A DNA stretch of 64,000 nucleotides from Bacillaceae bacterium (GTDB taxonomy: Bacteria > Bacillota > Bacilli > JACDOE01): NCBI GenBank assembly GCA_017656255.1, contig JACDOE010000002.1, positions 4,033 to 68,032 on the forward strand. Direction: 5' to 3'. A program made the position numbers and the translations under genes. Shown here in pieces: positions 9,430 to 19,008 of the stretch. The notes under the pieces were generated by a model that was not told the DNA's origin, made no database searches, and saw nothing but the letters and a program-made list of their open reading frames with translations. Positions within the stretch are counted from its first letter, which is position 1, and every line of letters starts with the position of its first letter.

Positions 9430-11325
9430 TTAAATGACGCGGATATCTTCGACGCCATAACGTTTTAAAATTTGTTGTGCATTAATTCGAACGGTATCAT
9501 CTTTAAACCCTTCATCATAAAATACAACTCGTGCAGGTTTTTTCTGCGCAATTTCTTCAATATGTTCAAGCGTTAAATCTCTTTCTAAACAAATGAGTAA
9601 ATATCCCATACCCACTGAATAAACAACTTTATCAGCTACTTTTGTTTCTTCAATTGGAACTGTTAAATCAACACCATACTTGAGTAAAATTTCATACACA
9701 ACATCTTCTTGTGTACGCCCTTCTTTCACCGGATCAATTAAATCTAGTAAATTTCTTTCTACATCTGCTGTATTCTCATCCCAAACCTTTAAATTTGTAT
9801 CATCAAGCTTGAATACCTTAAACCCGATATCAAGATTCTCAATTCCTTCCTTGTCTTTATTCTCTTCCAATATCTTCTGACCCGCACGGCGAATACGTTC
9901 TTTTCCGATTTCACATATATTTTTAAAGCCTGCTTTAAATGCTTCTTTTTGATCATTTATTGGTTCATCTAATTGAATAAGGATAAACTTCCTTTTTCCA
10001 TTATCTTCGCTATTTAAATCAAAAACAGCATGAGCCGTAGTACTTGATCCTGCAAAAAAATCAAGTACTGTATCATGCTCTCCAAGTCCTAGCATCAATG
10101 ACTTCTTAATTAATTCCACAGGCTTTGGATGGTCAAAATACGAGGAACTAAAAAGCTCTCTAAAGACTATTGTTCCACGTTCTGTCCTAACATCCGCTTC
10201 ATCCCATATAGTCTTAGCTTTTGTAAGTGTTTTTCTATTTTTCTCATAAATATTCCATCCACCATTACGCTTTTCCTTAGCAATAACATTACTGTTTTCC
10301 GGATCATTTTCAATAATGTTTTCCGATAATAAATTTACCCCCCATCTCCAACAACTATCTTTCCCTTGACTATTTAATGGAAATACCTCTATATATTTAT
10401 CATTTTCTTTTACTAGATTTACAGGTGAAAATCCGTTCTTGTCTTTTATGTCAGGGTTAACATAAATTGGATAATAAAGATTTGGCCTGTTATTTTTGTT
10501 AAATTTCGGATTACGATTTCTTAATTCTCTTAATTCAAATCTTCCTTTATTGTCTTCATATTTAAATGATGACGTATCGGCCTTTGGAAGTAAGTTCAGA
10601 GTAGATTCATTGCTTTTAAAATAACATATCAAATATTCATGTGTTTTAGCTAAGTCTAAATAGTCTTGACCACCTTTATTCGTTTGTACAATGATTTGCC
10701 CTACAAAGTTGTGTTCACCAAAAATCTCATCACATATCTTCCGCAAATTATGAACTTCATTGTCATCAATACTTATAAATATTACACCATTATGTGTTAA
10801 CAAATTTTTCGCTAACTTTAAACGAGGATACATCATATTAAGCCAATCAGTATGATACCTACCATTTGTTTCTGGGTTTGATTTCATGCTTTCTTCATTC
10901 TTTTCTTTATAGTTTTTAATATTATCATGGAAGTCATCTTTATAAACGAAATCATTCCCTGTGTTATATGGTGGGTCAATGTAAATCATTTTTATTTTGT
11001 TACGATAGGAGTTCTGAAGAACGCGGAGTACTTCTAGGTTGTCTCCTTCAATATACAGGTTTTTTGTTGTATCCCAATTCACACTTTCCTCTTTACATGG
11101 TCGAAGTGTGCCTGTGGTTTGTTTTTGCGCAAGTTGAATGGCCTTTGTTTTTCCATTCCAAGTAAATTCATAGCGCTCTTTTTCTTTTTCAAGGTGTTCG
11201 CCAAGTGTCAGCAAGAGCTTTTCAACGTCAATTTTGTTTTCTGTAAATACTTCAGGGAAAAGTTGTTTTAGTTTTTCAATGTTGTCTTGTACAACGTTAA
11301 ATGTCTTTCCATCTAATTTTTGCAT
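9430..11325 (-). CDS. mod: Type III restriction-modification Mod subunit (N6-adenine DNA methyltransferase)
   Basis: 631 aa. Motif IV DPPYN and SAM motif FFAGSSTT. Size and mod-res order are typical of type III systems. Confidence 0.85.
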   Translation of the reverse strand: MQKLDGKTFNVVQDNIEKLKQLFPEVFTENKIDVEKLLLTLGEHLEKEKERYEFTWNGKTKAIQLAQKQTTGTLRPCKEESVNWDTTKNLYIEGDNLEVLRVLQNSYRNKIKMIYIDPPYNTGNDFVYKDDFHDNIKNYKEKNEESMKSNPETNGRYHTDWLNMMYPRLKLAKNLLTHNGVIFISIDDNEVHNLRKICDEIFGEHNFVGQIIVQTNKGGQDYLDLAKTHEYLICYFKSNESTLNLLPKADTSSFKYEDNKGRFELRELRNRNPKFNKNNRPNLYYPIYVNPDIKDKNGFSPVNLVKENDKYIEVFPLNSQGKDSCWRWGVNLLSENIIENDPENSNVIAKEKRNGGWNIYEKNRKTLTKAKTIWDEADVRTERGTIVFRELFSSSYFDHPKPVELIKKSLMLGLGEHDTVLDFFAGSSTTAHAVFDLNSEDNGKRKFILIQLDEPINDQKEAFKAGFKNICEIGKERIRRAGQKILEENKDKEGIENLDIGFKVFKLDDTNLKVWDENTADVERNLLDLIDPVKEGRTQEDVVYEILLKYGVDLTVPIEETKVADKVVYSVGMGYLLICLERDLTLEHIEEIAQKKPARVVFYDEGFKDDTVRINAQQILKRYGVEDIRVI

Positions 11326-12101
11326 CAGTCACACAACTCCTTTAATTCACTTAAAAGTGATTCAATGTTTGCTTGAATTTGTTTCATTTCTATATGAAGT
11401 TCCATCTTTATGCCAAAGTCTAACACATGATTTTGTTTTTGTTTTAATTCCTCTAACTGAGATTTTCTTACATTGACTTCTGATAACTTAGAAATGATTA
11501 AATCACGACTTTCATCTTGAGTTGGAAAGCACTCTATCCACTCAATGATTGGTGAACACTGCAACCAACGATTCAAGTCATCATAAAATTTGTAGAGATC
11601 AACAAACGATTGATTCGAGCACTTTAAGGCGTTTAGCAACTTTTCGTAGGAACTGTTATTGTTTTTTGGATGGAACCACCCAGTCAGTAATGGTTCATCC
11701 AACACAACTTTGGTAGGATCATTTTTATTCAACCGCTTATGACATGTGCTCAGCAACCACTCTTTTTCCTTTGACTCCATAATCAAAACAGCTGGATTTG
11801 GAATCGATTTATGAATCGCATGGATTATTCGATTAACATGTTGGTTCGTACGTAATTGTACATAAATCCAAACCACTTCAGCATATTGATGCACCTCTGA
11901 CTGATACGTAGAGATATTCATGCTTTGACGATTCATTACACTCAGTAAGTATATTCCTTCTATTTGAGAAGTAAATAGCTCTTTCTCCTTTTTCGATAAG
12001 TCACCTTGAGAAAAGAATGTTTTTTTCGGAACTTTTCGATTTAACACCGTTCTTTGCGGTATCTCAAACTGCTGGATAACCCATTCTCGCAACCTTCTCA
12101 C
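11325..12101 (-). CDS. DUF4391-like hypothetical protein of the helicase/type III module
   Basis: 258 aa with no catalytic motifs recognised. Its start/stop junctions are shared with the flanking genes (12102/12101 and 11325/11325). Size and context resemble DUF4391 proteins that accompany SNF2 helicases and DNA methyltransferases. The family assignment comes from memory of the architecture, not from an HMM. Confidence 0.45.
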   Translation of the reverse strand: MRRLREWVIQQFEIPQRTVLNRKVPKKTFFSQGDLSKKEKELFTSQIEGIYLLSVMNRQSMNISTYQSEVHQYAEVVWIYVQLRTNQHVNRIIHAIHKSIPNPAVLIMESKEKEWLLSTCHKRLNKNDPTKVVLDEPLLTGWFHPKNNNSSYEKLLNALKCSNQSFVDLYKFYDDLNRWLQCSPIIEWIECFPTQDESRDLIISKLSEVNVRKSQLEELKQKQNHVLDFGIKMELHIEMKQIQANIESLLSELKELCD

Positions 12102-15100
12102 CTACTTAATAATTAAAAATGAAATTAATTCAAAGTCTTCTGACGTTGTATTTGTATCTACTAATAAACTTGAGTCTCCTAAACTAAATAAAGATTCCAT
12201 TCCTTTTTCTTCGACAATTCCAAGAATAAATTCAACGACTGTATCTAATAATGACTTATAATCAGACATGTCCGCTAATTCATCCGTTTCTTTATGAAAT
12301 TGCAAGATTAATTCCGTAAACAATACATTTTGGCCCATGCAAACCTTTCGATAGAGGTCAAGGATTTGCTTCGTTTTGGAATGACCTAATAAAATATCAC
12401 CGTCATTACTCACATACACAAGATAATATGGATACAGAGCACTCAACTCTTTTATTTTGGCATTAGCGTTTCGTTGTTTGATACAAAAAATGACACCTGG
12501 TTTTGCTTCACCATTAGGAGTTAAATGTTTAGACGTGATTGAATACATACCTAGCGGAGCCGTTTCTAAATCAAGTTTATGTTTATTCATATAATCAACT
12601 AAATCCATCTTGAAGTCGTTCAATGTTAAGTCCGTGATCGAAATCCCGCCTGAAATATCCTCTAGATCAATTACTTCTTCTTGAAGTTGTTTCAGCTGCT
12701 TCGCACGATACTCTAGATCGTTCATTTTTTTCTTTTCATCATACTCGATTACATTCTCTTCTCCTGTTGCCGATATATCTAATAAAACCATACGACCACT
12801 TACACGAGCTTCTAAATTGATATACTCGTCTAAATCCATGTTTGGCCAGAAGTTCACAAGCTGAATCACATCATTTTTTGATCCGAGACGATCAATTCGA
12901 CCAAATCGTTGAATAATACGCACTGGATTCCAATGAATATCATAATTAATTAAATAATCACAGTCCTGTAAGTTTTGACCTTCAGAAATACAATCTGTTG
13001 CAATAAGTAGATCAATTTCTTCATTTGCCATTTCATCCACTTTATTTCGTTCTTTTGATACAGGGGAAAAATACGTTAAGATGGTATTTAAATCTTTTGG
13101 AATATTGCTTAAAGTTGTTTTATTTCCACCTGTACCGGTTACTAGAGCTGTGTGAATACCATATTCCTTTAGGATCCATTTGGACAGCTCATCGAATAAA
13201 TAGTTTGCTGTATCAGCAAAAGCCGTGAACACAATTATTTTTTTATTGTTTTGGTTTATTGGATTTGAAAGCTTATGATGAATCATAGACTTTAATTCTA
13301 AAAGTTTAGCATCCCGGTAAGGTCTGACTTTTGCCGATTCGACAAGAAGCTTCTCAAGTTTTTGTTTATCCTCTTCAAGGTCTTGACGCAATTTAATTTG
13401 ATCAATGTCTTGAAGCAGCACCTTGACTTTCGATCCAATTAGCATATCTTCCACATCATCGTCATCTATATTTATATCTGTAATATTAATCGACTGTTCA
13501 GTGAATTGATTAATATTTTCAAGCTTATTCAATAGATCATCAATTTTACCTAATAACGAGGCAATTGTCATGCCGAATGAGTGAATAGAGCTTTCCATTC
13601 GTTTTAAAAGATTAACACGCATTAAATGAACGAGACTACGTTCCCTGTCAATTTGTTTAAAAACAGATCCGCCTTTTACTTGGATATCGTATTTCTGACT
13701 ATATTCGGCCTGTTTCTCAGGCAAGACATATTTTAAAGGCGAATAGGCACTCAAATTCAATCGATTAATAATTTTATTTACTTCTCTAATTTCAGGAAAC
13801 TCTTTCTCTTCATCTATATCAGGATAAACATTAATTGGTTTTAATCTTTTTGGAAACTTCCCTATTTCTGACATGTTGTAGTATTTTTCAATATGTTTTC
13901 TAGACCTTGCGATAGTTATAGCATCCAACAATTTAAAATAATCAAAATTTAACATTTCTAATAATGTATCTGTTGTCCTTTTTTCTTCACCTAATTTTAA
14001 CCATTTATTAAAGTCTTGCTGTGCTTTTCTTAGTGTTAATTCAATACTATCAATTCCTGCTGAATTTAATGCATTATCTTTTCCTTCCGTAATAAAAGAC
14101 ACTTGATTTTTTAAATCATTCATTTTATTATTTACTGGTGTTGCTGAGAGCATTAAAACTTTTGTTTTTACTCCAGATCTAATTACTTGATTCATTAAAC
14201 GTGAATAACGGGTTTCTCGGTCTTTCCGCGCTTCATTATTTCGGAAATTATGTGATTCATCAATCACAACTAAGTCGTAGTTACTCCAATTTACAGTTGC
14301 TAAATTAATATCACCAGACATTCCACTATATCGACTAAGATCCGTATGATTTAACACATCGTAATTAAATCGATCTGCAGCTAAAACGTTTCGTTTGTCA
14401 TTTTGTGTATAGATTAGCCAATTTTCACGTAATTTTTTAGGACAAAGCACTAATACACGATCATTTCGAAGCTCGTAATATTTAATAACAGCAAGTGCTT
14501 CAAAAGTTTTTCCCAAACCAACACTATCAGCTATAATGCAGCCATTATATTTTTCAAGTTTATCAATGGCTCCTAAAACCCCATCTTTTTGAAATTTATA
14601 TAGTTTATTCCAAATGATCGTATCTTTAAAGCCTGTTTTAGATTTGACAATATCGTCTTCACTTAATTCTTCTAAAAAGTCTTTAAAGATATTATAAAGG
14701 GTCACATAATACAGAAACTCAGGTGTATTATCTTGATAAATTTTTTCGATCCGACTTAATACTTCTTGTTTAACATTTTCTACATGCTCATCATTGTTCC
14801 AGATTTGGTCGAACCATCTGAGATAATTCATTGTTTGGCCAGGTTCATTTATTAAAGAATTCATTTCATAATTAGTTGAATACGTATATCCTAATCCACT
14901 ACTCGTGAAATTTGAGGTGCCTTGAATGGCAATTGAATCATCACTCTTGTTTTGCACATGAATAAGGTTCCCGGGTGCCATTGGTAAATTTAACGATTTC
15001 ATTTGAACTTTTGAACGAATCCAGTCCGCACATTCACGTGCAATCTTAGCTTGATTGAGTTCGTTCCTAAATTTTACTTCTAAATCTATGCCTACCAAGC

Positions 15101-15347
15101 TATTCTCTCGTTTAAGCATTTCATGTTTGGCCATTTGATCAGGAATTTTCATATCACGTATAAAAGTTGGACTATTGAATAAAAATCGAACCTCTTCTAC
15201 TTTTAATAACTCTTTCTTAAGTGCTTCAAAAGCATATATTGTAAAATATGAAGACATAATCGATATTTTTGAACCCTTTTTTAGGAATTTCTTCAACTCG
15301 TCCCCAACATTACCATGCGTTTTATTATCTAGCATTTTTCCAACCAT
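12102..15347 (-). CDS. PLD-like nuclease domain fused to an SNF2-family (SF2) helicase
   Basis: 1081 aa. N-terminal phospholipase-D-like segment with H..K..DD..GTSNFT. SNF2 motif I DSVGLGKT, motif II DESHNFRN, and a helicase C domain. Head of a four-gene operon. Confidence 0.75.
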   Translation of the reverse strand: MVGKMLDNKTHGNVGDELKKFLKKGSKISIMSSYFTIYAFEALKKELLKVEEVRFLFNSPTFIRDMKIPDQMAKHEMLKRENSLVGIDLEVKFRNELNQAKIARECADWIRSKVQMKSLNLPMAPGNLIHVQNKSDDSIAIQGTSNFTSSGLGYTYSTNYEMNSLINEPGQTMNYLRWFDQIWNNDEHVENVKQEVLSRIEKIYQDNTPEFLYYVTLYNIFKDFLEELSEDDIVKSKTGFKDTIIWNKLYKFQKDGVLGAIDKLEKYNGCIIADSVGLGKTFEALAVIKYYELRNDRVLVLCPKKLRENWLIYTQNDKRNVLAADRFNYDVLNHTDLSRYSGMSGDINLATVNWSNYDLVVIDESHNFRNNEARKDRETRYSRLMNQVIRSGVKTKVLMLSATPVNNKMNDLKNQVSFITEGKDNALNSAGIDSIELTLRKAQQDFNKWLKLGEEKRTTDTLLEMLNFDYFKLLDAITIARSRKHIEKYYNMSEIGKFPKRLKPINVYPDIDEEKEFPEIREVNKIINRLNLSAYSPLKYVLPEKQAEYSQKYDIQVKGGSVFKQIDRERSLVHLMRVNLLKRMESSIHSFGMTIASLLGKIDDLLNKLENINQFTEQSINITDINIDDDDVEDMLIGSKVKVLLQDIDQIKLRQDLEEDKQKLEKLLVESAKVRPYRDAKLLELKSMIHHKLSNPINQNNKKIIVFTAFADTANYLFDELSKWILKEYGIHTALVTGTGGNKTTLSNIPKDLNTILTYFSPVSKERNKVDEMANEEIDLLIATDCISEGQNLQDCDYLINYDIHWNPVRIIQRFGRIDRLGSKNDVIQLVNFWPNMDLDEYINLEARVSGRMVLLDISATGEENVIEYDEKKKMNDLEYRAKQLKQLQEEVIDLEDISGGISITDLTLNDFKMDLVDYMNKHKLDLETAPLGMYSITSKHLTPNGEAKPGVIFCIKQRNANAKIKELSALYPYYLVYVSNDGDILLGHSKTKQILDLYRKVCMGQNVLFTELILQFHKETDELADMSDYKSLLDTVVEFILGIVEEKGMESLFSLGDSSLLVDTNTTSEDFELISFLIIK

Positions 15348-15457
15348 GCATATCCCCCTGTTTCTTTATGTATTATTTTTTAGGGATTGATTTATAATAA
15401 CAATTTTATTTTATAGTTACATTTTACCATTATCTTTGTACATTATTGCAATAAGTT

Positions 15458-16840
15458 AAGTCCATATAATTGTGTAAAAAGAAAATCTATAAAAAAGGAG
15501 CCATTTTCAAATCCCTCGGTTAGAATGAAGTTGTGCACACTACATTCGAGAGGAGAGATTTGAAATGGCTCAATACAAGATTAACGTAGATTCAGAGATT
15601 TTGCATCAACTTTTTCTGGGGAATTCTCAAGATTCAGGGGTAGCGGCTTTGTTGGAGTCCGTGTTAAATCAGGTCTTAGAGGCACAGGTTTCAGAACAAT
15701 TAGGGGCCGAACCCTATGAACGCACAGATGAACGCCAGGGTTATCGAAACGGTACATATCCTCGTCAACTGACGACGCGTGTCGGTAAGATCACCCTTCG
15801 AGTACCTCGTCTGAGAAACGGCAAGTTTTCTACCGAATTGTTTGCCCGTTACCAGAGAAGTGAACAAGCATTGGTTCTGGCTCTGATGGAAATGGTGGTC
15901 AATGGGGTTTCGACGCGAAAAGTGAGCCAGATTACAGAAGAATTGTGCGGTGAGGAGTTTTCCAAGTCGACAGTTTCTGAGCTGTGCAAAAAACTGGATC
16001 CGATTGTACAAGCCTGGAATAACCGAAACCTTCGAGATCGAAATTATCCGTTTGTCATTGTGGATGCAATGGTGATTAAAGTGCGTGAAGAGGGGCGGGT
16101 TCGATCCCGTGGTGTCCTGATAGGATACGGGATTAATGACGAAGGGCATCGGGAAGTATTAGGCATGATGCTTGGAGACAGCGAATCTGAAGCGAGCTGG
16201 AATGACTTTTTCTCCTGGTTGAAATCCCGCGATTTACGCGGTGTGGATCTCATTGTTTCTGACCACCACAGCGGACTGGTCAAAGCGATCCGAAATCACT
16301 TTCAGGGGGTAACGTGGCAGCGTTGCCAGACTCACTTTATGAGAAACATTCTGGATGCCACCCCAAAGGCTTTAAAAGAAGAAATCCATACGCGGGTCAG
16401 AGCCGTGTTTGATGCACCCGATATGAAGACAGCCAGGCTGTTACTTGAAGATGTGTTGGCAGAATATGAAGAGAAAGCTTCAAAGGCGATGAATATCCTG
16501 GAGACCGGTTTTGATGATGCGACAGCCGTCCTCGTTTTACCAAAGAAATACCGCAAACGTCTCCGGACAACAAATGGGATGGAGAGGCTGAATGAAGAGA
16601 TCCGACGCAGAGAACGGGTCATTCGCATCTTTCCTAATAGAGAGTCGGCCATGAGACTCATTGGAGCTTTGCTCATGGAACAGGATGAGAAATGGTCCAG
16701 TGGCCGAAAGTATTTGGACATGACGGAATACCACTTATGGCTTCCATCTCAAAAACAAGATAAACAGGTTCAAAAGGTTACTCAACTTCGAACTTCATCT
16801 TCTAACAGGGGGATTCATTTTTACACATAATTTTGGACTT
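15458..16840 (+). mobile_element. IS256-family insertion sequence (about 1.38 kb)
   Basis: Imperfect terminal inverted repeats AAGTCCATATAATTGTGTAAAAAG (left) and revcomp of TTCATTTTTACACATAATTTTGGACTT (right). Contains a single Mutator-like transposase gene. Confidence 0.75.
15565..16830 (+). CDS. IS256-family transposase
   Basis: 421 aa. Hallmark NGVSTRKV motif and DDE region typical of IS256/Mutator-like transposases. Confidence 0.85.
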   Translation: MAQYKINVDSEILHQLFLGNSQDSGVAALLESVLNQVLEAQVSEQLGAEPYERTDERQGYRNGTYPRQLTTRVGKITLRVPRLRNGKFSTELFARYQRSEQALVLALMEMVVNGVSTRKVSQITEELCGEEFSKSTVSELCKKLDPIVQAWNNRNLRDRNYPFVIVDAMVIKVREEGRVRSRGVLIGYGINDEGHREVLGMMLGDSESEASWNDFFSWLKSRDLRGVDLIVSDHHSGLVKAIRNHFQGVTWQRCQTHFMRNILDATPKALKEEIHTRVRAVFDAPDMKTARLLLEDVLAEYEEKASKAMNILETGFDDATAVLVLPKKYRKRLRTTNGMERLNEEIRRRERVIRIFPNRESAMRLIGALLMEQDEKWSSGRKYLDMTEYHLWLPSQKQDKQVQKVTQLRTSSSNRGIHFYT

Positions 16841-16979
16841 AATCGACATTTCCCCTTTGTAGTTATAGCCAGAGTAAATGGTAAATAACAAAGAGAGATT
16901 TATATTATTATAAAAGAAAAAGGAAATTGAGAATAAATATAGAAGTTAGAAGTAAATTTTAATCATTTGTTTAGATCAG

Positions 16980-17549
16980 ATGTTTAGGATGTGTATATCT
17001 ATGACTGGAATAATATTTGTAGGAGGAATTCATGGAGTTGGTAAAACAACTTTATGCAAGCAAATATCTGAACAGTTTAAATTATTACATTATTCAGCGA
17101 GTGATTTAATATCACAAAGGAAAAAAGTCGATTTTAATAATGAGAAAAAAGTTAGGAATATAAATGAGAACCAAAATTTATTACTGGAGGCAATAAATTG
17201 TTTAGATACTCGAGATAATTGTTTATTATTAGATGGTCATTTTTGCTTAATAAACACATTTGGAGAAATTAGAAAAATTCCTATTGAGACATTTATTAAT
17301 TTATCACCTAGCGCAATAATCTGTTGTACTGAATCTCCTACAAAAATTTTTACTAGGTTAAAAGAGAGAGATAACATAAATTATGATATTAATTTTTTAG
17401 AAAGATACCAAAGAATCGAATTAGCATATTCACAAGAAATATCAGAGAAATTAAATGTACCTTATTTCGTTTACTCTCCGGTCGAAGAAATGAATAATTT
17501 TTATAAATTTTTAGAAAGAATAATTAAAGGAGGGGTAGAATGTGAGTGA
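16980..17549 (+). CDS. Small P-loop NTPase / nucleotide-kinase-like protein
   Basis: Walker A GGIHGVGKTT near the N-terminus, about 185 aa, kinase-like size. An alternative start at 17001 is possible. Very AT-rich. The next gene overlaps its 3' end. Confidence 0.55.
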   Translation: MFRMCISMTGIIFVGGIHGVGKTTLCKQISEQFKLLHYSASDLISQRKKVDFNNEKKVRNINENQNLLLEAINCLDTRDNCLLLDGHFCLINTFGEIRKIPIETFINLSPSAIICCTESPTKIFTRLKERDNINYDINFLERYQRIELAYSQEISEKLNVPYFVYSPVEEMNNFYKFLERIIKGGVECE

Positions 17550-18591
17550 TTATTTAGAAAGAAGAAAATTTAAGGATGTTGATTTAAACGATAATTTTTT
17601 TGATTCTCTAAAAGAAGATTATCACGAATTTGAAACTTGGTTTAGAAAAAAAGAAGAAGAGGAAGCGTTTTTACTATATGATAATGATAATAAAATTCAA
17701 GGATTTCTTTATTTTAAAATTGAGGAAGGTCCAATAAAAGATGTTGAACCAGACATTAATCAAAAAAAAGTATTGAAAATCGGAACTTTTAAAATTAACC
17801 CTCATGGTACTAGATTAGGTGAGCGTTTTATAAAGAAGGCTTTAGATTATGCCATTGTAGAGAATGTAGATGCGTGTTATGTTACTATTTTTGAAAGGCA
17901 TGATGTCTTAGTAAAGCTGTTTGAAAGGTATGGTTTTATTAGGTACGGCGTTAAAGATACATCCAACGGGATTGAACTAGTTTTAGTTAAAGATTTGCGT
18001 GAGTTAAAGAATGATATATTATTGGATTATCCTTTAATCAGTACAAAAAATTCAAGAAAATTCATCCTTTCAATTTACCCTAAGTACCATTCAAGGATGT
18101 TTCCGGATTCTATCTTAAAAACTGAAAAAGTCGATATTCTAGAAGATGTTTCATATACGAATAGTATACATAAGATATATGTTTGTAGAATGGCTGTCGA
18201 TCAAGCGAACCGTGGAGATATCTTTGTAATATATCGCACAAAAACTCCTGGACAAAGTGCCGAATATACATCTGTTGTAACATCAGTGTGTGTTGTAGAG
18301 GATATAAAGAGTCAAGATGAATTTAAAAACTTTGAAGAATTTTTTGAATATGCTAATGCTTATAGTATATTTAATCGTGATGATCTAAAAAAGTGGTATA
18401 ACAAAGGGGGATGTTTTATTATCAAAATGACTTACAATGCAGCTTTGAGTAAAAGATTAATTAGAAAAAAACTAATTGAAGAAATAGGTCTTGAACGTAA
18501 TAGCTATTGGGGATTTTTCGAAATATCAAATGAGCAATTTAATCGAATTCTAGAAGAAGGTGAAGTTAATGAAAGTATTATTATCGATTAA
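17542..18591 (+). CDS. GNAT-fold acetyltransferase-like protein with about 190-aa uncharacterised C-terminal domain
   Basis: GTG start with RBS AAAGGAGGGG. The N-terminal half carries the GNAT motif-A-like HGTRLGERF. The C-terminal half has no recognisable motif. Overlaps both neighbours (8 nt upstream, 23 nt downstream). Confidence 0.5.
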   Translation: MSDYLERRKFKDVDLNDNFFDSLKEDYHEFETWFRKKEEEEAFLLYDNDNKIQGFLYFKIEEGPIKDVEPDINQKKVLKIGTFKINPHGTRLGERFIKKALDYAIVENVDACYVTIFERHDVLVKLFERYGFIRYGVKDTSNGIELVLVKDLRELKNDILLDYPLISTKNSRKFILSIYPKYHSRMFPDSILKTEKVDILEDVSYTNSIHKIYVCRMAVDQANRGDIFVIYRTKTPGQSAEYTSVVTSVCVVEDIKSQDEFKNFEEFFEYANAYSIFNRDDLKKWYNKGGCFIIKMTYNAALSKRLIRKKLIEEIGLERNSYWGFFEISNEQFNRILEEGEVNESIIID

Positions 18592-18943
18592 ACCCGAATA
18601 TGTTGAACAAATTGAAAATGGAAACAAAAAATTCGAATATAGAAAAAGAATTTTTAAAAAAAATGTTGATTCGGTAGTGGTTTACTCAACAAAGCCGGTT
18701 GGGAAAATAGTTGGAGAAATTATAATAGAAGAAATTATAAATGATTCTCCAGAAGAAATTTGGAACAAGACAAATAAATATTCTGGAATCTCAGAAGAAA
18801 ACTTTAAAAATTACTTTTCTAATCGAAAGGAAGGGTTTGCTATAAAGATCAAGAAATTTCTTAAATATGATAAACCTTTAAATCCATTTGAAATTTTTAA
18901 TGATTTTGTACCTCCGCAGTCTTATAAATATATAGAAAGATAA
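18569..18943 (+). CDS. ASCH (PUA-like) domain protein
   Basis: MKVLLSIKPEYVEQIENGNKKFEYRK is the canonical ASCH N-terminal pattern. About 124 aa. Start is inside the 3' end of the upstream gene; the ORF-track start at 18560 is GTG. Confidence 0.65.
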   Translation: MKVLLSIKPEYVEQIENGNKKFEYRKRIFKKNVDSVVVYSTKPVGKIVGEIIIEEIINDSPEEIWNKTNKYSGISEENFKNYFSNRKEGFAIKIKKFLKYDKPLNPFEIFNDFVPPQSYKYIER

Positions 18944-18948
18944 ATAGG

Positions 18949-18972
18949 GTGACTACAAGTCACTTATTTTTT
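18949..18972 (+). terminator. Rho-independent terminator after the ASCH gene
   Basis: Stem GTGACT / AGTCAC with a 3-nt loop, followed by TTATTTTTT. Confidence 0.6.
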
Positions 18973-19008
18973 ATGTACAAGTAATCAAAGTAAAAAAGGT
19001 GATTCATT

